A DNA stretch of 20,230 nt from Verrucomicrobiota bacterium (lineage in GTDB: Bacteria; Verrucomicrobiota; Verrucomicrobiia; Limisphaerales; CANJSG01). The notes below the pieces were generated by a model, which did no database searches, was not told where the DNA came from, and worked only from the letters and a program-made list of their open reading frames with translations. The stretch covers positions 1-20,230 of the forward strand of contig JBBQXJ010000086.1 of assembly GCA_038209745.1 (NCBI GenBank). The letters are read 5' to 3'. Shown here one piece after another: positions 1 to 8,172 of the stretch. A program made the translations under genes and the position numbers. Within the stretch, counting starts at the first letter, position 1. Every line of letters starts with the position of its first letter.

Positions 1-149
1 GCCGCTCGGTCAGGGAGAAGAAGGAAAGCTCAGAGGGACGAATGGTTTCGGACACGCGTTCTTGGACGAAAATCCCGCCCTGCTTGCTCAATTTCAACGA
101 CTGTTTCTTTTCTGGAAAATCGAGTTTCTGGAAGTCCCCAATAGTCAAG

Positions 150-650
150 AAGACCTGCGGCTTACCAGTTCGACGCCGAGGATGCGGTGGCGGACTTCCC
201 AATCGATCCCGATGGCCACGAGCAGGGCCCGGCGGCGGATGACACGGTCTTCGCGGACCTTTTCGTAGCGGGCGTCGAGGATGAGATAGGGACGCTCGGC
301 TTCGGGGCGTTGGCGGGCAAAGCGCTCCAGTTCGGCGTCGAGGTCGCTGATGGCTTTGATTTTCCGGGTGGAGGCACTCTGGACAAACATTGCGACGAGG
401 GCGGCCACGAGGGCCTTTTCGCTGCGCTGGTCGCGGCTGAAGATCTCGGTGTTGAAACGGCCCTGGCGGTCCTGCGGGACGCGCAGCTCCAGGGTGCCCA
501 CCCGGGTGATCCGCTTGCGCGGGTAGTGGGATGCTGCGGTAGCCGAGGCGGCCGGGGCTGCGTTCGCCCTTGCTGGATTCCCAGCGCGTCGTTCATCTCG
601 GCTTCCAAGAACTCCTGCACCGCCAGCTGCATCCACGGGCGCAACAGGCA
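150..650 (-). pseudogene. IS256-family (Mutator-like) transposase remnant, frameshifted, internally deleted and truncated
   Basis: IS256 motifs are spread over three frames: LLRPWMQLAVQEFLEAEMNDALG / KGERSPGRLGYRS / YPRKRITRVGTLELRVPQDRQGRF...QRSEKALVAAL...STRKIKAI...LDAELERF...PYLILDARYEKVRE...LLVAIGIDWE..RILGVEL. Homology stops near 150, before the rest of the DDE domain. No terminal inverted repeats seen. Confidence 0.9.
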
Positions 651-710
651 AGTGGGCACGAAGCCGGTTCTGGATTGCGAACGACACCGGCTCGGTCGAG
701 GCTGCGGCTA

Positions 711-1697
711 ATGAAGGCAACCTTGTGGATGCTGTGGGTGTTGGCCGTCGTTTCTCTGGTCTCGTGCACCGGACCCCGGGCCGGGTCTGCCGATGCCCGT
801 GCCGGCCTTGAGAATGTCCGCCAAATCCTCGTCCTCGGCGACAGCATCACCTACTCCGGCCAATACGTGGAGGATCTGGAAGCCTGGTGCGCGACGCGTC
901 TGCCGGACCGGAAGATCGAGTTCATCAACGTCGGACTCCCGAGCGAGGTGGTCTCGGGACTGTCAGAACCCGACCATGCAGGCGGGCAGTTTCTCCGGCC
1001 GGACCTGCACGAACGTCTCGACCGGGTTCTTGCCAAGACGAAGCCCGATCTCGTGCTGGTGTGCTACGGGATGAACGACGGCATCTATCTTCCTTTCGAC
1101 GAGGCGCGCTTCCGGCCGTTCCGCGAGGGGATCGAGTGGGTCCACGCGAAGTTGGCACCCACGGGCGCGCGCACCCTGCATCTGACTCCGCCGCCGTTCG
1201 ACGAATCCAAGGGAGGGCACCCGGGCTACGCCGACACGTTGCGGCATTATTCGCAGTGGCTGCTGGACCAGCGAGCCAAAGGCTGGGAGGTGGTGGATCT
1301 CAACGGACCGATGACCCGATACCAGGAGGCACGCCAGACGACCGATCCCAAGTTCGTCCTCGCCGGCGATGGGGTTCATCCCGGTGATCTGGGGCACTGG
1401 CTGATGGCGCGGGAAATTTTGCGGCATTGGGGCGCTTCGGATGTCGCCGGGATGGAAGGGGTGGCGGCGATGATGGCGGCCCGACCGAACGGCGACGAGG
1501 TGCTGAAGCTCATCCAGAAGAAACAGCGGATGCTGAAGGACGCCTGGTTGTCCGAGACCGGTCATCGACGGCCCGGAATGAACCGGGGCTTGCCCCTGCC
1601 TGAAGCCAAGGTCGAAGCCGCGAAACTGGACCGTCGGATCGCCGTTCTTTCCGCTCCCGGAAAATCCTCGCTGGCCCCTGCTCCTTTTGCTCCGTAG
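711..1697 (+). CDS. SGNH/GDSL hydrolase family lipoprotein (esterase/acetylesterase-like)
   Basis: ATG 711 gives a signal peptide with lipobox LVSC. SGNH blocks: LGDSIT, NVG, CYGMND, DGVHP. Confidence 0.9.
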   Translation: MKATLWMLWVLAVVSLVSCTGPRAGSADARAGLENVRQILVLGDSITYSGQYVEDLEAWCATRLPDRKIEFINVGLPSEVVSGLSEPDHAGGQFLRPDLHERLDRVLAKTKPDLVLVCYGMNDGIYLPFDEARFRPFREGIEWVHAKLAPTGARTLHLTPPPFDESKGGHPGYADTLRHYSQWLLDQRAKGWEVVDLNGPMTRYQEARQTTDPKFVLAGDGVHPGDLGHWLMAREILRHWGASDVAGMEGVAAMMAARPNGDEVLKLIQKKQRMLKDAWLSETGHRRPGMNRGLPLPEAKVEAAKLDRRIAVLSAPGKSSLAPAPFAP

Positions 1698-1747
1698 AAT
1701 CGGACTCCGAGGCTGGGTCGCTCCAACCCCCGCCAGTTTTTCCTGCC

Positions 1748-4700
1748 ATGCCATCGAAACCTGAGACCGCCACTGTTCTGCCCGAATCCCTGACGCTGTT
1801 CCAGTCGATCAACCTGCGGCTGGCGCTGCTGGGTTGTCCGACCCTTCAGGCCATTCCTTCCGGCCCTCTCCAACAGGCCTCCGGCCAGTTGTTGGCGCGC
1901 AGCCGGGAGACGAATCGGCTGCTCGCCAACTACCTTTGCCCGGCCGATTGGCGGATCCAGCAGTTCCTCAGCGAATACCTCTACGATGTATGCACCCCGG
2001 CGAGGCTGCCTTCGAACACCTTCGTGCTCGACCAGCCCGGTCTGGCCCGGAGCCTGTCCTTGCCGCCGGACCGCGACGAGTTCGTCTCCGAGATCATCAG
2101 CTCCTATCGTCTCCGGAACGGCATCCTGCACAATCCGGCCAAAGACCGGCGCACCACCGCCGGCGTCTTCCACGTGGCGGAAGGCGGCCTGCCCATCCCG
2201 GACGACAAGCTCTGCGCGCCCGCTGCGACCTTCGGAAAGATGCTCCAGCTCGCGCTGACTCCCCCGGGCCAGCTCCTGCGGCTCCCCATCACCGCCACGC
2301 AGAAGGAACAGGCCGAGTGTTTCGTGTCTCTTCTCATCCGCCCCATCGTCTGTCCCGGGGTGCCCGGCTACTGCAAGGAGCGGACGATGGAGATGCGTTT
2401 CTTCGCTCCGGGAAATCTTGTGAGCAACCTCGACTTCGTGGAGAGCATCTTCGGGAACGCCGGCGATCCGTTCCTGCCGGAGAACGACGCCGGCCTCGAT
2501 GTCGAACAATGGACCGGCCACACGGGCTGCGTGATCCTCGCCCCCCATCTCACCACGGTGAAGAAGAAGGACGTGGGCCTTCCGCATTGGGACCGGGCGA
2601 CCGAACGCCAGCGCCGCGACGGCATGTGCTGGAAGACGGAGGATGAACTCTACAACAACGGCTCCGCCTTCAAGCTCACTGCGCGGGACGAGAAGGGGGT
2701 CATGGTGACCCTCATCGCCGACAACTATTTCGGCTACTGCAAGAAGGAGGTGAAAACCCAGATCAGCTATGCCGCGAACCTGATGGGACTTTCCGAAGAG
2801 GAGCACGCCGGTGGAGCCCTCGTCTTTCCGAGCTACGATCTCGGCGAGGAATACAGCGGCCAGCTCCATGCGCCGAAACTCGAATACAGCTTCGACGCGA
2901 TGATCGGTCTGCATGGCGACCTGATGGAGATCCACCCCGAGGGCTACGCCGTCGACAAGACGTATCCGGACATCCTCTACGTCCCCGAGCATGCCGGTTT
3001 CGATCTGCGCACCCAGCGGATCACCTGGGAGAGGGAAGGCACCAATCGCATCATCAAGCTGCTCCCCGGCCGCTCCTACGTGCGACCCTCCGGCTATCGC
3101 ATCCACATGGAGAAACCCATTGGGAACCGTTCATGGCGTCTGGTCGGCACGGTCGCCGAACCGACCTATTGCCATAAGCCGTGCACCGTCTCCGGCGGCG
3201 GCAAATCGGAGATCTCCAAGGCCATCAGCGACGCCATCATCCAGGGCCCCGTCTTTGTGGCCGATTCGGAAAACGACTTTGCGGAGGTCGGCGAGATCCT
3301 GAAGCGCGACTTTTCCGATCGCTTCCGCGACACGACCAAGACCAAGCCGGACAGCCGCCCGATCCTCAGCGCGCAGCGTTCCCTCGGTTCCGTCATCAAG
3401 CTGCTGACGCCCAGTTCGATGGACTACACGGACGAATACAACGCCTGGTTGCGGTCCATTCCCACGCACATCAAGGAACTGGTCTACGTGGTGAAGCGCT
3501 ACTATGAGCCCGAGTGGGGCGACAACTGGCTCTCCCACTTCAGCGTGGACATCCTCAATGGCGTCCCCGCCAACGAGCTCAAGTGCGAGGGTCGCAAGCT
3601 CGCCGCCAACCACCTCCGTGTCGGCTACCAGGCGGACGGTTCGTGGCGCGTCTTCGGTCTGCGCAAGGACTTCCATCCCGCCGCCAAGCTCCAGATGGAG
3701 GACGACATTTCGGCCTCCACCGTCGTGCCCGTGAATGTGCTCAACCGGCTGAACCCGGAATACAAGAACCACTCGGTGAAGTTCGTCGCCAATGCCGAGA
3801 CCCGCCTCTTCCAACGACCCGACGACGCCATCCTTCCGGGATACGACCATCAGACCGAGCTGGACATGTCCCAGCCCGGCAACTTCCTCTCGAACTACGC
3901 GCCGCTGACCCGCATCGACGCGCAGGACATGATGGACGACGCCATCGACTACGTGAAGTTCACGGATCCGATGGCCAACCTCATCGCGGAAGCCGCTGCG
4001 GGCGGGCCGGGACCGAAGTTTTTCGTCTGCAACGCCAAGCCCCGCATCGTCGACGGCAAGCCCACCAAGAACCCGCGCTACCTCCAGATCCGCTCCGACA
4101 TCCAGATGCCGCGCGAGAAACACCTCGCCGAAGTCAGCCTGCGGCTGCGCCGCCGTATTCCGTCGGGCGACCCCGTCCACACGCCGGTCAACGCCGTCCT
4201 CCCGGGTCGCCGCAACAATCCCCCCGATCTCAAGGCCGGGATTCCGCCGCTGGCCGTCTTCAGCCCCATCCACTTCATGGAGCTGCCCGAGGCCTTCCTC
4301 GAGTTCGCCAGCAGCATGACGGGCAAATCACCTTCGACCACCGGTGCCGGATCCGAAGGCGCCCTGACCAAGGGCCCATTCAACGCGTTGCCCCCGATCC
4401 TCGATCTGAACGACGCTCTGGTCAGCAGCATCCTCACCGGGGCCGACGTCTTTGTGACGTCCGCCGGCTACATCGGGCCGAAAATGCGCGTGGACCACGA
4501 CGTCAGCCTCATCGTTCCCGAGGTCTGGTCCCGCATGGGCGTGGCCGAGCGCGATCCCAAGTTCCTCATCGAGGAGAAGTATCTGGAGCCCGTGCCGGAC
4601 TTCGACCACAACGGGAAAAAAGTCCACTCCAGCCGCCTCGGCCATCGCATCACCGCGCGCTTCGTCCGGGCGTTTTTCGGCCGCGTCTTCTACCATCCGC

Positions 4701-5182
4701 ACGCCGTCTTCACGGACGAGATGCTGCGGCCGGAGCTGCAGTGCATGGACACCTTCGCCGAAGGGATGGAAGTCATCGTGACGACCCAGAAGAGGGTGGC
4801 CGCGCACTACTTCAACGACGGCGGCATCGACCTCGCCTGCCCGCCGCTCAAGGCCCTCCTGCACATCATGCGCGACGACCACTACGAGGGCAAAGGCCTG
4901 GACCACCCGGAGATCCGCGCCCTCTTCAAGCGCGAAACCGTCGTGGCCAGCGACTGGTATCAGGCGCGCCTCGTCGAATGCCAGAGCCGGCGCAAGGCCC
5001 TTTGGCACCACCACATCGGCTACATCGGGCAGTTCCTCGCCAAGCCGAACTACGCGGAGGAAGCCCGCCGCCTCGACATCCAGGGCCGCCTCGATTGGGC
5101 CCGCAACGAATTCAAGCGCGTCTCCTCGCCCGACTACATCCGCGAGCTTGTGGGCACCATCGGGGTCAGCCCGTTGCAGTGA
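1748..5182 (+). CDS. PPi-dependent phosphoenolpyruvate carboxykinase (diphosphate-type PEPCK, EC 4.1.1.38)
   Basis: 1144 aa with strong GC3 bias. Motifs recalled from the PPi-PEPCK family: HNPAKDRRTTAGVFHVAEGG, NLVSNLDFVESIFGNAGDP, NYFGYCKKEVKTQISYAANL, P-loop-like HKPCTVSGGGKSEISK, SMTGKSPSTTGAGSEGALTKGPFN. Confidence 0.88.
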   Translation: MPSKPETATVLPESLTLFQSINLRLALLGCPTLQAIPSGPLQQASGQLLARSRETNRLLANYLCPADWRIQQFLSEYLYDVCTPARLPSNTFVLDQPGLARSLSLPPDRDEFVSEIISSYRLRNGILHNPAKDRRTTAGVFHVAEGGLPIPDDKLCAPAATFGKMLQLALTPPGQLLRLPITATQKEQAECFVSLLIRPIVCPGVPGYCKERTMEMRFFAPGNLVSNLDFVESIFGNAGDPFLPENDAGLDVEQWTGHTGCVILAPHLTTVKKKDVGLPHWDRATERQRRDGMCWKTEDELYNNGSAFKLTARDEKGVMVTLIADNYFGYCKKEVKTQISYAANLMGLSEEEHAGGALVFPSYDLGEEYSGQLHAPKLEYSFDAMIGLHGDLMEIHPEGYAVDKTYPDILYVPEHAGFDLRTQRITWEREGTNRIIKLLPGRSYVRPSGYRIHMEKPIGNRSWRLVGTVAEPTYCHKPCTVSGGGKSEISKAISDAIIQGPVFVADSENDFAEVGEILKRDFSDRFRDTTKTKPDSRPILSAQRSLGSVIKLLTPSSMDYTDEYNAWLRSIPTHIKELVYVVKRYYEPEWGDNWLSHFSVDILNGVPANELKCEGRKLAANHLRVGYQADGSWRVFGLRKDFHPAAKLQMEDDISASTVVPVNVLNRLNPEYKNHSVKFVANAETRLFQRPDDAILPGYDHQTELDMSQPGNFLSNYAPLTRIDAQDMMDDAIDYVKFTDPMANLIAEAAAGGPGPKFFVCNAKPRIVDGKPTKNPRYLQIRSDIQMPREKHLAEVSLRLRRRIPSGDPVHTPVNAVLPGRRNNPPDLKAGIPPLAVFSPIHFMELPEAFLEFASSMTGKSPSTTGAGSEGALTKGPFNALPPILDLNDALVSSILTGADVFVTSAGYIGPKMRVDHDVSLIVPEVWSRMGVAERDPKFLIEEKYLEPVPDFDHNGKKVHSSRLGHRITARFVRAFFGRVFYHPHAVFTDEMLRPELQCMDTFAEGMEVIVTTQKRVAAHYFNDGGIDLACPPLKALLHIMRDDHYEGKGLDHPEIRALFKRETVVASDWYQARLVECQSRRKALWHHHIGYIGQFLAKPNYAEEARRLDIQGRLDWARNEFKRVSSPDYIRELVGTIGVSPLQ

Positions 5183-5416
5183 AGCGATCGGTGGACGGCG
5201 GGTGGAACGAAACCGGAGAACCCTCTACCCAAGGAACTGGGCCTGCCTCGAAAAAACGGACAGGGAAAAGGAGATTGTTGGATAGGTGGTGGGGAGTTTG
5301 AAGTTGGCGGGCGAGAGCCCACCGAGGGAGGTGGGGCGGCGCAAACGGCAGCTGCGGGACTTCGCTGAAAGCAGGGGCTTCCGCTCCGCGGGTTGCGTGC
5401 CAGTCTTTTCGCCCGG

Positions 5417-6370
5417 TCAAGCCTTGGTATACAGCTTCGCCACCTGGTCCGCGTAGCCGTTGTAGGGGAGCGTTCGCACGCGGTCGCCGGTGTCGATCTG
5501 GCGTTCGGTGGCTTGGGACCAGCGGGGGTGCGGGACCTTTGGATCCACGTTCGATTCGAAGGGGTATTCTTCCGGTTGGAGCGTCTCCCAAAGGGTCGCC
5601 GGTTGGGTGGCGGTCAGCTCGATCTTCACGATGGATTTGATGCTCTTGTAGCCATACTTCCACGGGACGACGATCCGCAGGGGCGCGCCGTGCTGCTTGG
5701 GGAGCGGCTTCCCGTAGATGCCGCTGGCGACGAGCGTCAGCGGGTGCATGGCTTCGTCGAGGCGGAGGCCTTCGTTGTAGGGCCAGGGATATTGGGAGTA
5801 GCGCTTCAGGCCGGGGGCTTCCTCGGGTTTGTTGAAGGAAACGAAGCGGACAAACTTCGCGCCGGACTTGGGTTTGGCCGCCTCGATCAGCTTGGCCAAC
5901 GGAAAGCCGGTCCACGGCACGATCATCGACCAAGCCTCGACGCAGCGAAACCGATAGACCCGCTCTTCCAGGGGAAACTTGGCGATGAGATCGGACGCGT
6001 CGAGCGTCATGGGATTCTCCACCAGGCCGGTGACTTCCACCTTCCAGGGCTCGGTCGTGAACTTGTCGACGTATTTGTAGACGTCCTTCCCGAGCGAGAA
6101 CTCGTAGAAGTTGTTGTAGGTGCCGGCGGTCTTCTCGTCGGTGAGCGGCCAGCCGGGATTGAAGGCGGGGTTGCGCTTGGCGGGGAAGAGTTTTGCAGCC
6201 GCCTTGGCTTCGGCGGCGGAAAGGCGGCCGAGTCCGGTTGAGAGCGCGGCGAGGCCCGCACCCGCGAAACCGAGGTCGCGGAGGAAGCGACGGCGATTGA
6301 GAAACACCTGTTCCGGAGTCGCGGCGGATTCCGGAAGCTGCCAGTCGGGGCGGAGGATGAGGTTGGCCAT
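5417..6370 (-). CDS. msrP: Protein-methionine-sulfoxide reductase catalytic subunit MsrP (YedY), molybdoenzyme
   Basis: Tat motif NRRRFL, YNNFYEF, ERVYRFRCVEAWSMIVPW with the Mo-ligating Cys, EGLRLDEAMHPL, GAPLRIVVPWKYGYKSIKSIVKI, NVDPKVPHPRWSQATER. Confidence 0.96.
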   Translation of the reverse strand: MANLILRPDWQLPESAATPEQVFLNRRRFLRDLGFAGAGLAALSTGLGRLSAAEAKAAAKLFPAKRNPAFNPGWPLTDEKTAGTYNNFYEFSLGKDVYKYVDKFTTEPWKVEVTGLVENPMTLDASDLIAKFPLEERVYRFRCVEAWSMIVPWTGFPLAKLIEAAKPKSGAKFVRFVSFNKPEEAPGLKRYSQYPWPYNEGLRLDEAMHPLTLVASGIYGKPLPKQHGAPLRIVVPWKYGYKSIKSIVKIELTATQPATLWETLQPEEYPFESNVDPKVPHPRWSQATERQIDTGDRVRTLPYNGYADQVAKLYTKA

Positions 6371-6427
6371 ACGTCTTTCTTTTTGCTGTCCGGTAAGTCG
6401 ATGGAGCGGGGCGATGCCTTACAGGAT

Positions 6428-6898
6428 TCAGCGGATTTGAGCGGGACTGTTCGGGTTGAAATCGTCGAGGCGGAGGTGGCCTTGTTTCACCACATGGCTG
6501 CGGCCGAAGCCGCTCGCGGGATAGAGGGTGCTGTCGAGGCGGTAGTCGACGGCCCGGGCGTCCACCATGCCACGGAGACGGGTGACGAGCAGGAGGTTGC
6601 TGAAGTGGAGGGTCACCTGCTGGGTGGTCTCGCCGAAGGGCGGAACGTCGAACTCGGCGTTGCTGGTTCCGCTTCCGACCTCCACCCCGTCGAGCGCCAC
6701 GCGGTGGACCGCGCCCTTGAATTGGAGCGTCTCCGGCGTCTGGTTCTGGATCCGGATGGTGAAGACCGCCCCCGTCTCGAACGCCGTGGCTCCGGTGAAC
6801 TCCAGATCGACCAGGCTGACGGCCGGGGTGGGCCCTGTGGCGCATCCGACGAGGATGGAGGCGAGAGCGGAGATCAGCAGCTGGGCGTGGCGGCGCAT
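6428..6898 (-). CDS. LEA type 2 (WHy domain) lipoprotein
   Basis: ATG 6898 gives MRRHAQLLISALASILVGC (lipobox). LEA_2-like pattern PAVSLVDLEF...FTIRIQN...L.FKG...VALDGVEVGSG...VPPFGE...V.L. Confidence 0.82.
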   Translation of the reverse strand: MRRHAQLLISALASILVGCATGPTPAVSLVDLEFTGATAFETGAVFTIRIQNQTPETLQFKGAVHRVALDGVEVGSGTSNAEFDVPPFGETTQQVTLHFSNLLLVTRLRGMVDARAVDYRLDSTLYPASGFGRSHVVKQGHLRLDDFNPNSPAQIR

Positions 6899-7024
6899 CG
6901 CGGAGAAGGTTGTCCGGGGACTGGGAGGGTCAAGCGGCGAATTGTCGTGGACTGCCGGGATCGCAGCTGCTCGGCCCGGGATTATTTGCTTTTCCCCGGC
7001 GGCGCGTCTCGCATCCTCCGGCCC

Positions 7025-7882
7025 ATGGCAGGCATCGATCCGAGGCTTATTTCGCAAAGGGTGCGTGCGGCGCTCCAAGAGGACATCGGTCCGGGAGACG
7101 CCACCACGTTGGCGACGATTTCCCGCAAGCTGCGTGGTGTCGCCGAGATGCGGGCCCGGGAGCCCATGACCGTCGCGGGCCTCGACTTCGGCAAGGCCGC
7201 CTTCCGCGTCGTCTCGGCCCGCGCCTCGGTGGAGATGCTCGCGCAGGATGGAGACCGGGTGCATGCCGGCGACGTCCTGCTGCGGGTGACGGGCTCGGCC
7301 TCGGGCCTGCTCACCGCGGAACGCGTCGCCTTGAACTTCGTGCAGCGCCTTTCGGGCATCGCCACGTTGACCCGGAAATTCGTGGATGCCGTGGCGGGCA
7401 CGGGGGTGAAGATTCTCGATACGCGCAAGACCACGCCCGGCCTGCGCTTGGCGGAAAAATACGCCGTGGCGTGCGGAGGCGGAACGAACCACCGGAGCGG
7501 CCTCCACGACTTGATCCTCATCAAGGACAACCACCTCGTCTCCCTGCGCGACGCCAAGCCCAACGCGATCGCCGCCGCCGTCCGACGCGCCCGGAAGAAA
7601 TTCCCGAAGCTGAGGGTGGAAGTGGAGGCCGACACCCTGGAGCAGGTGCGGCAGGCGGTGGACGCCGGGGCGGACATCGTCCTCCTCGACAACATGTCGC
7701 TCGACGAACTGCGCGAAGCCGTCGACACGGTCCGGGGCCGCGCCGAGACCGAAGCCAGCGGGGGTGTGAACCTGGAGACTGTCCGCTCCATCGCGGAAAC
7801 CGGGGTCAACCTGATCTCCGTGGGAGCCATCACCCATTCCGCGCGGGCCATGGACGTGGGACTGGACTTTCGCGCGGCCTGA
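7025..7882 (+). CDS. nadC: Nicotinate-nucleotide pyrophosphorylase (carboxylating), quinolinate phosphoribosyltransferase
   Basis: ALQEDIGPGDAT, LLTAERVALNFVQRLSGIAT, ILDTRKTTPGLR, NHRSGLHDLILIKDNH, VEVEADT, VLLDNM, EASGGVN. Start placed at ATG 7025. Confidence 0.97.
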   Translation: MAGIDPRLISQRVRAALQEDIGPGDATTLATISRKLRGVAEMRAREPMTVAGLDFGKAAFRVVSARASVEMLAQDGDRVHAGDVLLRVTGSASGLLTAERVALNFVQRLSGIATLTRKFVDAVAGTGVKILDTRKTTPGLRLAEKYAVACGGGTNHRSGLHDLILIKDNHLVSLRDAKPNAIAAAVRRARKKFPKLRVEVEADTLEQVRQAVDAGADIVLLDNMSLDELREAVDTVRGRAETEASGGVNLETVRSIAETGVNLISVGAITHSARAMDVGLDFRAA

Positions 7883-7896
7883 AGAAACAGAGCCGG

Positions 7897-8172
7897 TTGC
7901 TGGCCGAAGCTTGGACCTGGAGAGGGCGGTCGACGGTTCGTTCCGGGGAATCCATTCAACGGCCGGGCGATCTTGCGGCCTTGCTCGCCTGCGCGACCGA
8001 TCATGGCGGCGCGTTCCCCGTGGTGCCCAGCGATGTGGCCGGAATCGACGCGGCCGGAAAGGGCGGGGTTCTCCGGATGGTGTCCGCCTTTGCTTGGATC
8101 GATCCGGAGAACCGCCCCCTGCGGGTCCACCTCTCGAACCGGGTGGACGTGTTCCGCTACTGGGCTTTCTGA
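7897..8172 (+). CDS. Possible small hypothetical protein or gene remnant (~91 aa)
   Basis: Fills the gap between nadC and the convergent gene. Codons in this frame are mostly G/C-ending (gat ccg gag aac cgc ccc ctg cgg gtc cac ctc...). Start codon uncertain (TTG 7897); no recognised motif. Confidence 0.3.
   Translation: MLAEAWTWRGRSTVRSGESIQRPGDLAALLACATDHGGAFPVVPSDVAGIDAAGKGGVLRMVSAFAWIDPENRPLRVHLSNRVDVFRYWAF

Noticed and set aside
1562..5301. Long alternative ORFs over the PEPCK gene (1562-3106 -, 3131-4273 -, 4328-5014 -, 3514-5301 +)
   Set aside because: Shadow ORFs caused by high GC3 codon bias; no motifs, and either Arg/Pro-rich or typical antisense composition.
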